Below the pieces are notes generated by a model. That model had not been told where the DNA came from. It was given only the letters and a program-made list of their open reading frames with translations, and did not search any database. A stretch of DNA of 64,000 bases, from positions 2,656,001-2,720,000 of the forward strand of contig CBDFJF010000002.1 of NCBI GenBank assembly GCA_965248265.1. The letters run 5' to 3'. Within the stretch, counting starts at the first letter, position 1. Each line of letters starts with the position of its first letter. Source of the stretch: Candidatus Latescibacterota bacterium. GTDB lineage: Bacteria > Latescibacterota > UBA2968 > UBA8231. The position numbers and the translations under genes are program-made. This document shows, in pieces, positions 9,290-19,840 of this stretch.

Positions 9290-10735
9290 TTAGTGGACGA
9301 ACTGGAAGGCGTAGAGTTTCGCCGATTGACCGATGAAACGCAGCCGCACGTTGCGTCCACGCAGCGATGAGAGATCGCCATCGCCGTTCCAGGTGACGGC
9401 CTGGGCGATGTCGTTGAACATCAGGCGGTCGGCCTCGGCTTTGCTGTAGCCCCACAGCGTATGGCCGCTGGCGTCCAGGACTTCCACGTTGAGCCAGCCG
9501 CGCGAGCTGGCGTCCATGTTCAGCTGCAGACGGTCGCCTTCCAAGACAAAGGGCACGGTCGTCAGCGACGACTCCTCCGCGTCGGCGTCCTGCGATACGA
9601 AGCCGTCGAGGCGGACGCGCAGCCGGCCGGCGCACGGCGGCTCGTCGTGGTCGAGATCGAGATCGTGTCTCGAGGACATACCCGTATAGTAGAAGAACAG
9701 CTCGTCCCCGGCGGCTACGAAGCCGGGTTTCATGTAGAGGGAACGCGAGTCGAACCGACCCGTCACCCCGAGACGGACGAAGGGTTCGAACCAGCGATCG
9801 AAGTGAATGCCGTCGCGGCTGACTGCCAGCTGGATGTCGAGGGTGTCGCTGGTATGGTGATAGGCGGAGGTAAAGATCAGATAGGTGTCCTCCGCAAGAG
9901 GGTACTTGATGGCGGCCGTATTGTACAACCCCCCGCCGGACTGATCCGCGTCTTCGACCAGGCTGAAATCGGGCTCCAGGATCTTCTCTGGCGCCGGGAA
10001 GTTGGCGAAATCCACGCTCTCCGAGCGTGCGATGGCCCGGTAGTCGAACGAGCCGACCTGTCGTCCGCTTTCGTCGACATGAAGATGCTCGTTCCAGCGC
10101 ACGTAGGCGACGTAGCGTTCGAGCCGGTCGTCCCAGAAGGCGACGTTTTGGGTATCCGAGTACCAGGGCATGATTGGCTCGTCGTACAGTGTCCAGTGCA
10201 TACCGTCCGGTGAGTGGGCGCCGTCCAGGCCGTGGTAATTCCAGGTGTCAAGCTTCCCCTGATAGTAGCGGAAGCGGGCACCGCCACAGTTGACGCTCGT
10301 GAACCCCCATGACGATCTCCCGCGGGATATCAGTTTGTAGCGTCTGTCCGGACTGTCATGCGGGTCGGCGAAAACGCCCGCCAGCAATCCCCGAGCGACT
10401 ATGTTGTTCTGTTTGCTGCCCTCGAATTCGAAGAGTTCCAGCTCCGGCTTCTCCCAAGCGATGCCGTCTGCGGACGTGGCGTAACACAGTACCGACCCGT
10501 CGCCGTCGGGATCGCCGGAGTGATACCACATCTCGTGCTCGCTCTTCTCACCTGAGACGATGGATCCGAGATGGACTCCCCCTGTCTCCCACGGCTTGTC
10601 CGCCACGACTACGGGGCTTTCGGTGCGAATGGCGGGATTCATCGTCAAGGTGAAGCCACGCTTGTCGTCGACCAGGGCATCGTCGAAGAGGATCTGTTTC
10701 TGCGTTCCGAATGTGCGTGGCGACTGCGGCTGCAT
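9290..10735 (-). CDS. Beta-propeller glycoside hydrolase-like protein
   Basis: YATSADGIAW, SPDGMHW, SRDGIHF Asp-box-like repeats; C-terminal LRLDGF-type beta-sandwich. Confidence 0.7.
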   Translation of the reverse strand: MQPQSPRTFGTQKQILFDDALVDDKRGFTLTMNPAIRTESPVVVADKPWETGGVHLGSIVSGEKSEHEMWYHSGDPDGDGSVLCYATSADGIAWEKPELELFEFEGSKQNNIVARGLLAGVFADPHDSPDRRYKLISRGRSSWGFTSVNCGGARFRYYQGKLDTWNYHGLDGAHSPDGMHWTLYDEPIMPWYSDTQNVAFWDDRLERYVAYVRWNEHLHVDESGRQVGSFDYRAIARSESVDFANFPAPEKILEPDFSLVEDADQSGGGLYNTAAIKYPLAEDTYLIFTSAYHHTSDTLDIQLAVSRDGIHFDRWFEPFVRLGVTGRFDSRSLYMKPGFVAAGDELFFYYTGMSSRHDLDLDHDEPPCAGRLRVRLDGFVSQDADAEESSLTTVPFVLEGDRLQLNMDASSRGWLNVEVLDASGHTLWGYSKAEADRLMFNDIAQAVTWNGDGDLSSLRGRNVRLRFIGQSAKLYAFQFVH

Positions 10736-10827
10736 TCCGGCTACCCCTTATCAGTGGGTGATTGGCAACTCACCATACGCTTCCAACTGCCTTCTGCATG
10801 GCGGACGTGGGTCTGCAGAGGCGTCTA

Positions 10828-11559
10828 TCAGTTCCTCTCCAGGAATTCGACTAACAGCTTTGGATTGTTCGTGAGGATACCGTCGACACCACACTCGATC
10901 AGTCGCAACATCTCCGTTTCGTCATCCGCGTAGTACGGATGTACGATCAAGCCCAGCCGGTGTGCCTCCTCACAGAGCTGCGTTGTCGTGATCCTGTTCG
11001 AAGGCTGCAGATTCGAACATCCCATCTGGCTTGCCCGTCGAGCGTAGGTTGCGGATTCGCTCGCAATTTCGAGCAGACAGCGACGAACTCTCGAGTCTGC
11101 GCCGACGGCCAGCCCCATGACACGATCGTCGCCGGCGATGAAGGCGTTGGTATAGAGATCCCGGGCGCGGATTTCCTCGCACACCGAGTTGACGATGGCT
11201 GCACCGTCATCCGGCCCTGGGTAAACGTGGATGTTCAATTCGATTCCCCGTGGCAGAAAATCCAGCACTTGGTGCAGCGTCGGCATCCGCGTTCCCGCGT
11301 ACTCTGCATGACCGGCGCTGGCGTCGAGCTGCGAGACTTCGTCGAAAGATAGCTCCCAGATCTGTCCTGAGCCGTCGGTGGTCCGATCGACGGAGGCGTC
11401 GTGGAGAATCACCATACTGCCATCGCTTGTAGCGCGCACGTCGAACTCGACCATCTCGCAGCCGAGGGAGACCGCCTCTTCAAACGCCGGGATCGTGTTC
11501 TCGGGGAAACTGCTGGAAGCACCGCGATGGGCGCAGACGATGACTGGCTTGTTGATCGT
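10828..11559 (-). CDS. Glycerophosphodiester phosphodiesterase (GDPD family); start apparently non-canonical
   Basis: AHRGASSSFPENT, EFDV, HDASVDRTT, GVDGILTN. Confidence 0.85.
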   Translation of the reverse strand, partial: TINKPVIVCAHRGASSSFPENTIPAFEEAVSLGCEMVEFDVRATSDGSMVILHDASVDRTTDGSGQIWELSFDEVSQLDASAGHAEYAGTRMPTLHQVLDFLPRGIELNIHVYPGPDDGAAIVNSVCEEIRARDLYTNAFIAGDDRVMGLAVGADSRVRRCLLEIASESATYARRASQMGCSNLQPSNRITTTQLCEEAHRLGLIVHPYYADDETEMLRLIECGVDGILTNNPKLLVEFLERN

Positions 11560-11569
11560 ATCCCGCTCC

Positions 11570-12517
11570 TCAGCGGCCAGGCGCCGGAGGAGCCTTAAGG
11601 TAGTCCTCCTTGAGCCCGCCCCAGGTGTCGCCAGAGATGGCGGTTTCCACGTCAACGGCGTGGATCGCGTTGTGGACGACGACAGTTCTGGATTGGCCGG
11701 GCGGGATGTTCTTGAAGAAGACATAGAGGTGGCTGGTCAGGTACAGCTGCTTGTTAGTGTGCGCTGAATATACATGTTTCATGGTCTCGTTTGGCGTGAA
11801 TGTCGAGGTCAGGGTGAACTGCTTGCCGGGTTCCTCGATGGTAACCGAGCCGCGAAGCTCTTCGATGTGAGACCGGGGAAACACGTCATGCCTGATGAGA
11901 GGGTACTCGTACAACCCCAGGGCAGTTGACTCATGGAAGTAACTCGAGAACTCCTCATCCGGTGTGTGTCGAGCCGTGGAGGTCTCGACCGCAACCACAG
12001 CCCGGTGGTTCATGAAACCCGGAAATCCCACCATTACATAAGGACCGCGCAGCCAGTTTTTGGTGTTGTTGCGAATGACGTAGTGGACGTCGAATTCGGG
12101 GGCCAGGGTGTTGAGATAGTAATCCTGTTTCAGCGTAATTCCTGGCTCGAGCACGTTCGGCTTCTCGAAATTCAGCACGGTCCAGACACCCCTGTCCCTG
12201 ATTACCGGCCGGGGCCAGGGCGTCACCATCACCTTCTCCCTTATTGGATTATCCACCGGTTGCTTGTCTTCGGAGAAAAATTCGAGCCAGAACCACTCCC
12301 AGTCCCCCAACGGAAAAGGCAGAGAGCTGGGCTCGTCCGTGGCCGCAAGATGGGCAAAATCATTGACCTGCCCCTTCGATTTCAGCGAGACGATACCGAA
12401 GGGGGCGTCGAAACGAATCGCCACGTCATACTCGTCAAACGAGAAAGCTAAGGCCGGTTGTCCGTGCGAAGGTTGCAGGGACAGCAGAAAGACCAGTGCG
12501 GCGGTGATTCTCAGCAA
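11570..12517 (-). CDS. Secreted hypothetical protein
   Basis: Signal-peptide-like N-terminus; C-terminal TWGGLK tail; 315 aa. Confidence 0.65.
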   Translation of the reverse strand: MLRITAALVFLLSLQPSHGQPALAFSFDEYDVAIRFDAPFGIVSLKSKGQVNDFAHLAATDEPSSLPFPLGDWEWFWLEFFSEDKQPVDNPIREKVMVTPWPRPVIRDRGVWTVLNFEKPNVLEPGITLKQDYYLNTLAPEFDVHYVIRNNTKNWLRGPYVMVGFPGFMNHRAVVAVETSTARHTPDEEFSSYFHESTALGLYEYPLIRHDVFPRSHIEELRGSVTIEEPGKQFTLTSTFTPNETMKHVYSAHTNKQLYLTSHLYVFFKNIPPGQSRTVVVHNAIHAVDVETAISGDTWGGLKEDYLKAPPAPGR

Positions 12518-12720
12518 CTATCCTCGGTTACGGAAAGAGTGCGACCGGCGCAGCACCCCAAACGCCAGTTGATTTGGAAAGGCGTAGCTCATAGAGTTGT
12601 ACCACCGATATACACTGAACTTAGCACCTGATAGGATTCATATCCATGAAGGACGATCCGGGCTGCTCGACATGCCCGGCAAGCCACAACGCCCACAGCT
12701 ACCTCAACGAACGGATTACG

Positions 12721-13599
12721 ATGACCGAATCTAATGAATCGCAACCATTGCGTCTCTTGACAGTTACCGCTCACCCCCACGACGTCACCTACACCCTGGG
12801 CACCTCAGCCCACCACATCGAGCGCGGTGACAGCGTCACGGTCGTGAGCCTCAGCGATGGTGTCACCACACACGACGAGGAACTCGAGGACGAGATGCGT
12901 AAGCCGGCGAGCGAACGTCGGGCGGAGATCCTCGAGCGCCCGAGGGGCGATCAGGCGTCTCGCAAACAGAGCGAGCTCGAAAGAGTCTGCGGCCTGTTCG
13001 GGATCGAGGACGTGCGCGTATTGCCCTTCCCGGATAATCCCCTCGAGCCTTCCTCATCCAAAATACTGAGTGAATTGACGGATATCCTTCACGCAATCCG
13101 TCCACATGTCGTCATCACGCACGCACCCTACAACTATCCGTACAAAAGCATGACGAGTCTGTGGGACAATGATCATTCCCTCGCCGGCCAGCTAGTCGGG
13201 CAAGCTCTGCAGCGCGTGGCTCAACCCGACGCGCGCCGTGAGCGCTCACCGCTCCACCTAGCTCAGATGTACTACATCGGCGTCGAATTCGGCTGGACGG
13301 ACATCGACCTGTTCGTCGACATCTCAGATCAGGTCGCCAGGCGAATAGAAGCCGAGGCCCTCTACGAAACCCAGGGACATACTTCCGAGTTTTCGCGAAA
13401 GCGCATCGAGGCGTTCGCGGGCTATCACGGATGGTTCGGCCACGCGGGGTACGCCGAGCCGTTTATCAGAGACCGTGGACAGACCAGCGACTATTTAACG
13501 GTCACTCCCAACGATCTGAGGTGGGCGGAGCAGACAGGCAGGGAGAATCTCGATCAGATCGGTCAGTTCGCCAGCGGGCGCGACGGCGGTGATGGATGA
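12721..13599 (+). CDS. PIG-L/LmbE-family deacetylase
   Basis: AHPHD motif, RPHVVITH, DH, VDISD. Confidence 0.85.
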   Translation: MTESNESQPLRLLTVTAHPHDVTYTLGTSAHHIERGDSVTVVSLSDGVTTHDEELEDEMRKPASERRAEILERPRGDQASRKQSELERVCGLFGIEDVRVLPFPDNPLEPSSSKILSELTDILHAIRPHVVITHAPYNYPYKSMTSLWDNDHSLAGQLVGQALQRVAQPDARRERSPLHLAQMYYIGVEFGWTDIDLFVDISDQVARRIEAEALYETQGHTSEFSRKRIEAFAGYHGWFGHAGYAEPFIRDRGQTSDYLTVTPNDLRWAEQTGRENLDQIGQFASGRDGGDG

Positions 13600-13648
13600 A
13601 ACCCCCGGGAAATCGCGAGTGAGGTCGCCACCGTCTCACGTGTGTAGT

Positions 13649-15106
13649 TTACCAGCGCATGTTAATGTTCTTCACCCGCGTGTAGCTCAGCAGCTCCTCG
13701 AAGGATTCTTCCTTGCCGATACCGCTCTGCTTCCAGCCACCATAGGGCGCACCGAGATAGCGACCGGCTGAATTGATCCAGACGTAACCGGCTTCCACCT
13801 GTTCGGCCGTCCGCATCGCCATGCTGAAGTCGTTGGTGACGATGGACGCCGTCAGCCCGTACATGACGCCATTTGCGATATCGATCATCTCGTCGAAGTG
13901 GGACCAGCCCATGATCGACATGACGGGACCGAAAATCTCTTCGCTGCCGATACGCATCTGTGGTGTCACGTGGTCAAACACCGTTGGTGCAACGAAGAAG
14001 CCCTTGGTGAGCTCCGGATCGGCAGGTGGACCGCCGCCGGTCAGCAGCTGGGCACCATCTTCGTGCCCGTAGTCGATATACCGCAACACCCTGTCATACT
14101 GCTGCTGCGACACCATCGGCCCCATTTCAGCGCCTTCAAGCCATGGAAAACCGATCGGGATAGCGGACGCGATCCTGATGAGTTCGGCTCTCACCTTGTC
14201 ATGCAGCGATTCATGCACCAGCACCCGGGATGTCGACGAACACGACTGCCCCTGGCGGTTCATGTTCATCGCCTTTACCACCGTGGCCGCAGCTTTCACC
14301 GGGTCTGCGTCAGGAAAAATGATGATCGGGTTCTTGCCGCCGAGCTCCAGCGTGACTTCCTTGAGTCCTTCGGCCGCTTCGCGCGCGATTATCCGCCCGG
14401 TCTCGACCGAGCCCACGAATCCAATGCGGTGCACATCCTTGTGGCGCACCATCGCCGATCCGGTTAAACCGTCCCCGGTGACGATATTGATGACGCCTGG
14501 TGGGAAAATTGGCTGGCACAGCTCGCCGAGTCTCAAACTGGAGAGCGGGGCTTGTTCCGGCCCCTTGATGACCACCGTATTGCCTGCCGCCAGGGCCGAC
14601 GCCGCCTTTTCCGCACAGAAACGGAACGGGTGATTGAAGGGGTTGATCTTGGCGACTACCCCGTAGGGCTGTCGTAAGGTCAGATTGAGATGGCCTGGCT
14701 CGCGCGACATCGTTTCGCCCTTCATCTCCGTGACCAGGCCGGCGAAATAACGGAGCGTGTCGGCTGTCCAGTCCATATCGCCGCGCATACCCGAAACCGC
14801 GTTGCCGCTGTCCACGGCATCCATCAGCGCCAGATGGTCCGCGTTCTCATCGATTGTGTGAGCGAGTCGAATGAGACAATCCGCGCGTTCCGACTGGGGC
14901 AATGCCGACCATGCCGGAAACGCCGCCAGGGCGCTGGCAACTGCGTCGTCGATATCGGCCTCGCTGGCCAGCGGCACCGCTCCCAGCATGTCGCCGTTGG
15001 CGGGGTTGATCGTCGTAATCGTCTTTCCCGAGCTGGCCACGACCCATTCGCCGCCGATGAACAGCCCTTTCGGCTCGAAGCCAAGATCCGGTGTCTTCGC
15101 TGACAT
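13649..15106 (-). CDS. Aldehyde dehydrogenase (candidate phosphonoacetaldehyde dehydrogenase)
   Basis: LELGGKNP, GQSC, EEIFGPV; third gene of the phnA operon. Confidence 0.9.
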   Translation of the reverse strand: MSAKTPDLGFEPKGLFIGGEWVVASSGKTITTINPANGDMLGAVPLASEADIDDAVASALAAFPAWSALPQSERADCLIRLAHTIDENADHLALMDAVDSGNAVSGMRGDMDWTADTLRYFAGLVTEMKGETMSREPGHLNLTLRQPYGVVAKINPFNHPFRFCAEKAASALAAGNTVVIKGPEQAPLSSLRLGELCQPIFPPGVINIVTGDGLTGSAMVRHKDVHRIGFVGSVETGRIIAREAAEGLKEVTLELGGKNPIIIFPDADPVKAAATVVKAMNMNRQGQSCSSTSRVLVHESLHDKVRAELIRIASAIPIGFPWLEGAEMGPMVSQQQYDRVLRYIDYGHEDGAQLLTGGGPPADPELTKGFFVAPTVFDHVTPQMRIGSEEIFGPVMSIMGWSHFDEMIDIANGVMYGLTASIVTNDFSMAMRTAEQVEAGYVWINSAGRYLGAPYGGWKQSGIGKEESFEELLSYTRVKNINMRW

Positions 15107-15109
15107 GAA

Positions 15110-16207
15110 TTAGGGTACTATCGCGGCGCGCAGCACCGAGCGTTCGGACGCTCGCCGGAACGCCTCACCGAGATCATCGAGCTTGAATTTCGAATCGACG
15201 ATGTCCTTGAACGGGAAGCGCGCCCGGTTGGCCACGACGAAGTCGAGGGCTTGAATCAGGTGTCGCGGGTGGTAGTTGTGGATGCCCCGCAACGTGATCC
15301 ATTTTTTCACGAAGAGATTGGCATCGACGGTGACATGGGCATCGGGGTTGACGAGGCCGGCAAGCGTGTAACGACCGCCCACACGCAGCATGCCGACTCC
15401 AGCCGTCACTACGGCGGGAACGCCACAGACCTCGATCACGGCATCCACGCCATCGGGCGGCGCGTGTTCGCGCACCTCAGCGACGATGTCATCCTCCTCG
15501 CGGTCCGATATGTCGATGACGACATCGGCACCGAACTTTTTCGCCACCTCGAGCCGATCCGCGACCGCGTCGAGGCCGATGACGAGGCGCGCACCACGGG
15601 TCTTCGCCATCGCGCATCCGTAGAGCCCCAACAGTCCGAGCCCCTGGATCGCGACGACATCGCCCATCTGAATCTGCGTCGCCTCGGTTACGCAAACCAT
15701 GGTCGAAACACCACAATTGATCGGCGTCGCCTCTTCGTCACTCAGCTCGTCGGGGAGTTTCAAGATGCCGGTGCCGGGCACCACGTAGCAATACTCAGCA
15801 AACCCGCCTAGAAAGTGTGGATCTTCATCTACTAGATCATGGCCATATTTTCTGACGCCCTGCGACTTTTGTGGCATGTCGTGGACGTCGCGGTAGTAAG
15901 ACTCGCCGTGATGGAAATATTCCGTCCATGTGATCCGGTCACCGACGGCGAGCGCATCACCCCGCATGTCGCGCTCGATGTCAGCCCCGAGTTGATCGAT
16001 GACGCCGATGATCTCGTGTCCGAGGATCCCCGGGCACGGGTTGGGCCTGTGCCCGTGATACGAATGGATATCGGACCGGCAGATCGTCGACATCGAGACC
16101 CGGACCAATACTTCGTCGGGGTGCACATCCCGCAGAGGATAGTCCCTGATGACGAAGGGAGTGTTCGGGGCATCGTAGACGGCGGCGCGCGCGGTACGTG
16201 GCGACAT
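15110..16207 (-). CDS. Zn-dependent alcohol dehydrogenase (phosphonate-catabolism-associated type)
   Basis: ICRSDIH, GHE, GLGLLG, GIHNY; directly downstream of phnA. Confidence 0.85.
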   Translation of the reverse strand: MSPRTARAAVYDAPNTPFVIRDYPLRDVHPDEVLVRVSMSTICRSDIHSYHGHRPNPCPGILGHEIIGVIDQLGADIERDMRGDALAVGDRITWTEYFHHGESYYRDVHDMPQKSQGVRKYGHDLVDEDPHFLGGFAEYCYVVPGTGILKLPDELSDEEATPINCGVSTMVCVTEATQIQMGDVVAIQGLGLLGLYGCAMAKTRGARLVIGLDAVADRLEVAKKFGADVVIDISDREEDDIVAEVREHAPPDGVDAVIEVCGVPAVVTAGVGMLRVGGRYTLAGLVNPDAHVTVDANLFVKKWITLRGIHNYHPRHLIQALDFVVANRARFPFKDIVDSKFKLDDLGEAFRRASERSVLRAAIVP

Positions 16208-16238
16208 GAGTCAATCCTGATCTGTTTGTGCGGTGCCC

Positions 16239-17495
16239 TTACACGGTCCCGTTCATGGCAAAGTCGAAAATGTGATAGCTCTTCACTTGCTCCGATTTCG
16301 CGCGGGCCTCGTATTCGGCGTTGAGGGGCCGGCTGACCGCGAAGGGCACATCGCGCTCGGAGATCCCGCCGTGGGAACGCAGGCGCTCCCCGTTCAGGCC
16401 GGCGAGATCGTGATCGTCGAGTCCCATGCCGACGCAGTAGCTCTCCTCGGAAATCACCACGACATCGGCTTCGAGATCGAACGGCAGATCGAACCGGGTC
16501 GCTGCCGCCCCGCGCGCGAGGACTTCCTCGATACCGGCGATTGGGCGGATGAAGTCTATCGCTTCCGCAGCCGTAACTCCGTCGAAACAATGAACGCGCA
16601 CGAAGCCGCCCAGCGATCCGTGATGGCCGACGAAGGCATCGGTAATTGGACAGATGACTTTGGTAGTGCCGCCGCCGAAACGCTCGTCCAGTAAATCCTG
16701 GAGATAGACGATATTGTAGCGGCCGTCTGCGGCGCACTTGTCTTTCATACCGTGATCGGCGACGAAGCCGATGATCGCCCCCAGCTGCTCCAGGCGCGCG
16801 AAGCGATCGTCCAGCGCCTTGTAGAATTCGAGTGCCTGTGGGTGGTCGGGGACATATTTGTGCTGCACGTAATCTGTCAGAGACAGGTACAGCAGACCCG
16901 GACGCTCATCCTGCTCGAGAAATTTGATTCCCGCATCGAGCACGAAAAGCGACAGTTCCTCCGAGTAGATGTCGGGCAGCGGCTGGCCGACCAAACTGAG
17001 CCCGTCCTCGATGCCGTTTTCCACCATCGTGCACTGGTCCGCGTGTTCGGAAGAAAAGCAGACATTGCCGGTGCTGACATCGAGGTCTTTGCCGAGTTGC
17101 TTGCGCAGTTTGTCCTTTGCCGTGACGACGACGGTCTTAACGCCCATTTTCGAAACCACATCGAATATGGTGCGGGATCGCATCAGCTCGGGCCCCGTCA
17201 TAACCACGGCCTCACCTGTTTGCCGGTCCAGATAGAAATTTCCCGAAATCCCATGGACGTTAGGCGGTCCGCCCGTGGCGATCGAGATATTGTTGGGGCA
17301 GGTGAAACTCGGAATGACACAATGAGCGATGCAGCTGAAGCCGTCTTCCATGAACCGCGCAATGTTGGGGATGACGCCGGCCTTTTTCGCAGCGTCGAAA
17401 TACTCAGGGTCTCCGCCGTCGACACACACGACGGCCACCGGAGAATCCGGAACACGGTACGTCACTCCGTTCAGCTGTGCCGTGTCCTGTGCCAT
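16239..17495 (-). CDS. phnA: Phosphonoacetate hydrolase
   Basis: VCVDGG, PSFTCPNN, YLSLTDYVQHKY, ADHGM, LRSHGG (alkaline phosphatase superfamily, PhnA signature). Confidence 0.9.
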   Translation of the reverse strand: MAQDTAQLNGVTYRVPDSPVAVVCVDGGDPEYFDAAKKAGVIPNIARFMEDGFSCIAHCVIPSFTCPNNISIATGGPPNVHGISGNFYLDRQTGEAVVMTGPELMRSRTIFDVVSKMGVKTVVVTAKDKLRKQLGKDLDVSTGNVCFSSEHADQCTMVENGIEDGLSLVGQPLPDIYSEELSLFVLDAGIKFLEQDERPGLLYLSLTDYVQHKYVPDHPQALEFYKALDDRFARLEQLGAIIGFVADHGMKDKCAADGRYNIVYLQDLLDERFGGGTTKVICPITDAFVGHHGSLGGFVRVHCFDGVTAAEAIDFIRPIAGIEEVLARGAAATRFDLPFDLEADVVVISEESYCVGMGLDDHDLAGLNGERLRSHGGISERDVPFAVSRPLNAEYEARAKSEQVKSYHIFDFAMNGTV

Positions 17496-17621
17496 CGAAA
17501 CGCTGCCTCCATCGGATGTGGTATCAGTTTTGCCCGCGCAAGGCCTGGCGACCGAGCAGCAGTATTATCTCCAAACCAAGGCGCGTTGTCGAGGGGGATG
17601 CCCGGCCGCTGGTGCGGCAAA

Positions 17622-17690
17622 CTCCTTTCAATTCGACACCAAGCCGCAAGCGATCTTAGACTATCCATAACGGGCTCTTCGTTTGGCCGG
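17622..17690 (+). mobile_element. Degenerate IS91 oriIS-proximal remnant
   Basis: tttcaattcgacaccaagccgcaagcgatcttagactatccataacgg matches 4393-4430 and 53007-53052. Confidence 0.6.
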
Positions 17691-17732
17691 TTGGTAGACC
17701 GCTCACAGAGCCTGACCCCTGGAGAATACTCA

Positions 17733-18770
17733 ATGTCTGAGATCTACAAAGCCTGCCTGGTCGGCTGCGGCCGCATGGGCGGCACCATAGACGACGAAAT
17801 GCGCGACCGCCCCTTCCGCATTTTGCCTCATACGCACGCCGGCGCGTGCAACGCCGTTGATCAAGTCGATCTCGTCGGTGCTTCCGATGTCGTGCCCGAG
17901 AAGGTCGAGGTCCTGTGCGAGCGCTACGGCGCGGCCAACGGCTACGAGGACTACCGGGTGATGATCGAGAGGGAAGAGCCTGCCATCGTCTGCATCGCCA
18001 CCCGCCCGAACAACCATGCAGAGATCACGGTCTTCGCCGCCGAGCACGGCGTCCGTGCCATTTATTGTGACAAACCATTGTGCGGCTCGATGGCCGAGGC
18101 CGACGCGATGCTGGCCGCGTGCAGTCGCCATGGAGTCAAGTTCAACTACGGCACCAATCGCCGCTTCGTGCCGATGTTCCACACCATGCGCCGCATCGTC
18201 GACGAAGGAGAGATCGGAGATCTCCAGTCGGTGACGGCTCTCAGCAGCAGCGTGGCGCAATGGGGCCTGACCCATGCCGCCGACCTGCTCCTCTACCTGG
18301 CGCAGGACGCACAGATCGATTTCGTTCAGGGCCACATCACCTGCGACGAAGCGGACTTCGATGGCGAGCACCTGATGACAGACCCGCTCGTGCACATGGG
18401 CTATGTCCAGTTTGCCAACGGCGTGCGTGGCTATGTCGTGAGCGGGATAGGGTACGAATTCGAGATCAGCGGCAGCGAAGGGCGGCTGCGCACGACGAAC
18501 GACATCGAGGCGCTGATCCATCGCCGGCGGGGAGATCACGATGTGTTGAGTGAAATACCAAGTCCGCCTTACGCATACGAGAGCGGCACGGTCAACGCGA
18601 TTCGCGATCTGGTGCAGGCTCTGAACACCGACAGCGACACCATGGGCAACCTGGCGCTGGCCTGTCGCAGCCAGGAGATGGTCATCGGTTTCTGTGAATC
18701 GCATCGTCAAGAAGGCGCGCGGGTCTCGCTGCCGCTGGTGAATCGCGAACTCTACGTGGGAAAATGGTGA
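17733..18770 (+). CDS. Gfo/Idh/MocA oxidoreductase
   Basis: ACLVGCGRMG, CDKP; SD GGAG before ATG 17733. Confidence 0.9.
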   Translation: MSEIYKACLVGCGRMGGTIDDEMRDRPFRILPHTHAGACNAVDQVDLVGASDVVPEKVEVLCERYGAANGYEDYRVMIEREEPAIVCIATRPNNHAEITVFAAEHGVRAIYCDKPLCGSMAEADAMLAACSRHGVKFNYGTNRRFVPMFHTMRRIVDEGEIGDLQSVTALSSSVAQWGLTHAADLLLYLAQDAQIDFVQGHITCDEADFDGEHLMTDPLVHMGYVQFANGVRGYVVSGIGYEFEISGSEGRLRTTNDIEALIHRRRGDHDVLSEIPSPPYAYESGTVNAIRDLVQALNTDSDTMGNLALACRSQEMVIGFCESHRQEGARVSLPLVNRELYVGKW

Positions 18771-18847
18771 GGGCCGTGAGTAAACGAGCGGGTAGTGTTC
18801 CGCCGCCGCCAACTTGAATCGCAATATGCTGACGTGGGAGAAATATT

Positions 18848-19780
18848 ATGGATGTCCAACAGGCTAAAACTGTTTTCAGAGGACCGATGGTCTCCGTGGC
18901 AACGCCCTTGACGCCGGGTTTAGAGCTCGATCTCGACGCGCTGCGCAGCAACATTCGCTTCATGGTCGACAGAGGGGTCCGTCACGGACAGGGGGTGCTG
19001 CTGGTAGCCGCGGCCGGGGGCGAATTCCCCATGCTCAGCATGGAAGAGCGCAAGGAAGTCACGCGTGTCAGCGTGGAGGCCAGCCATGGTGAGGTCCCCG
19101 TTGCGACCAGCATTCAATCCAACGGCACCCGCGAGGTGGTAGAGATGGCCCGCTTCGCCAGGGAGGTAGGGGCCGACCTGGGGCAGCTCTCCGCGCCCTA
19201 CTATTACGGACCGCCAGACCAGGACATCTTCGATCTGTTCAAAGCCGCGTCGGAAGAGAGCGGTCTGCCGATCATGATCTACAACAACTGGTGGAACACG
19301 CTCAACATGAATGTCGACATGGTAGAGAGACTGGCGGAGCTGCCCAACGTCGTCGTCCTCAAGTGGTCGGCCCCCTCTTCAGGCCAATACACGGATGGAA
19401 TGCACCGCCTGGCGGATCGACTGGCCATCATCGACAACGGCGGTCAGCACGTGTGGTCCCACATGATGGGTGCCGTGGGCTTTATCACCCACCTGTCCAA
19501 CTTCTGGCCGGAATATCCTCTCGAGATCTGGAACCTTCTGGAACAGCAGGATTATCAGCAGGTCATTCCGAAACTGGCCGAATTCAAGTGGCGCTGGAGC
19601 AAGTGGGTGACAAAGGTCGTTCATGAAACCGAAGGGGAAGGCCCCTTCATCAAGGCGGCCATGGAGGAAGTGGGGCTGCCTGCCGGTCCGCCGCGTCCGC
19701 CTGCGCGACCGGTATCCGCGGAACTGCGGCAGGAGCTTCACCAGCTGATGGCGAGCGTCCGCGAACCCGCTGATTCCTGA
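18848..19780 (+). CDS. Dihydrodipicolinate synthase/N-acetylneuraminate lyase-family aldolase
   Basis: GGEFPMLSMEER, PYY, IMIYN, Schiff-base LKWS. Confidence 0.9.
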   Translation: MDVQQAKTVFRGPMVSVATPLTPGLELDLDALRSNIRFMVDRGVRHGQGVLLVAAAGGEFPMLSMEERKEVTRVSVEASHGEVPVATSIQSNGTREVVEMARFAREVGADLGQLSAPYYYGPPDQDIFDLFKAASEESGLPIMIYNNWWNTLNMNVDMVERLAELPNVVVLKWSAPSSGQYTDGMHRLADRLAIIDNGGQHVWSHMMGAVGFITHLSNFWPEYPLEIWNLLEQQDYQQVIPKLAEFKWRWSKWVTKVVHETEGEGPFIKAAMEEVGLPAGPPRPPARPVSAELRQELHQLMASVREPADS

Positions 19781-19840
19781 GAGGGGAGCCGGCGCGGAAC
19801 TCGTGCAACTTTGCTCAGCACACGCTTGAGAGGATCCAAC

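Noticed and set aside
16752-17732. Long N-terminal extension of the 672-aa ORF (apparent fusion)
   Set aside because: Antisense shadow of phnA; the real oxidoreductase starts at ATG 17733 with an SD.
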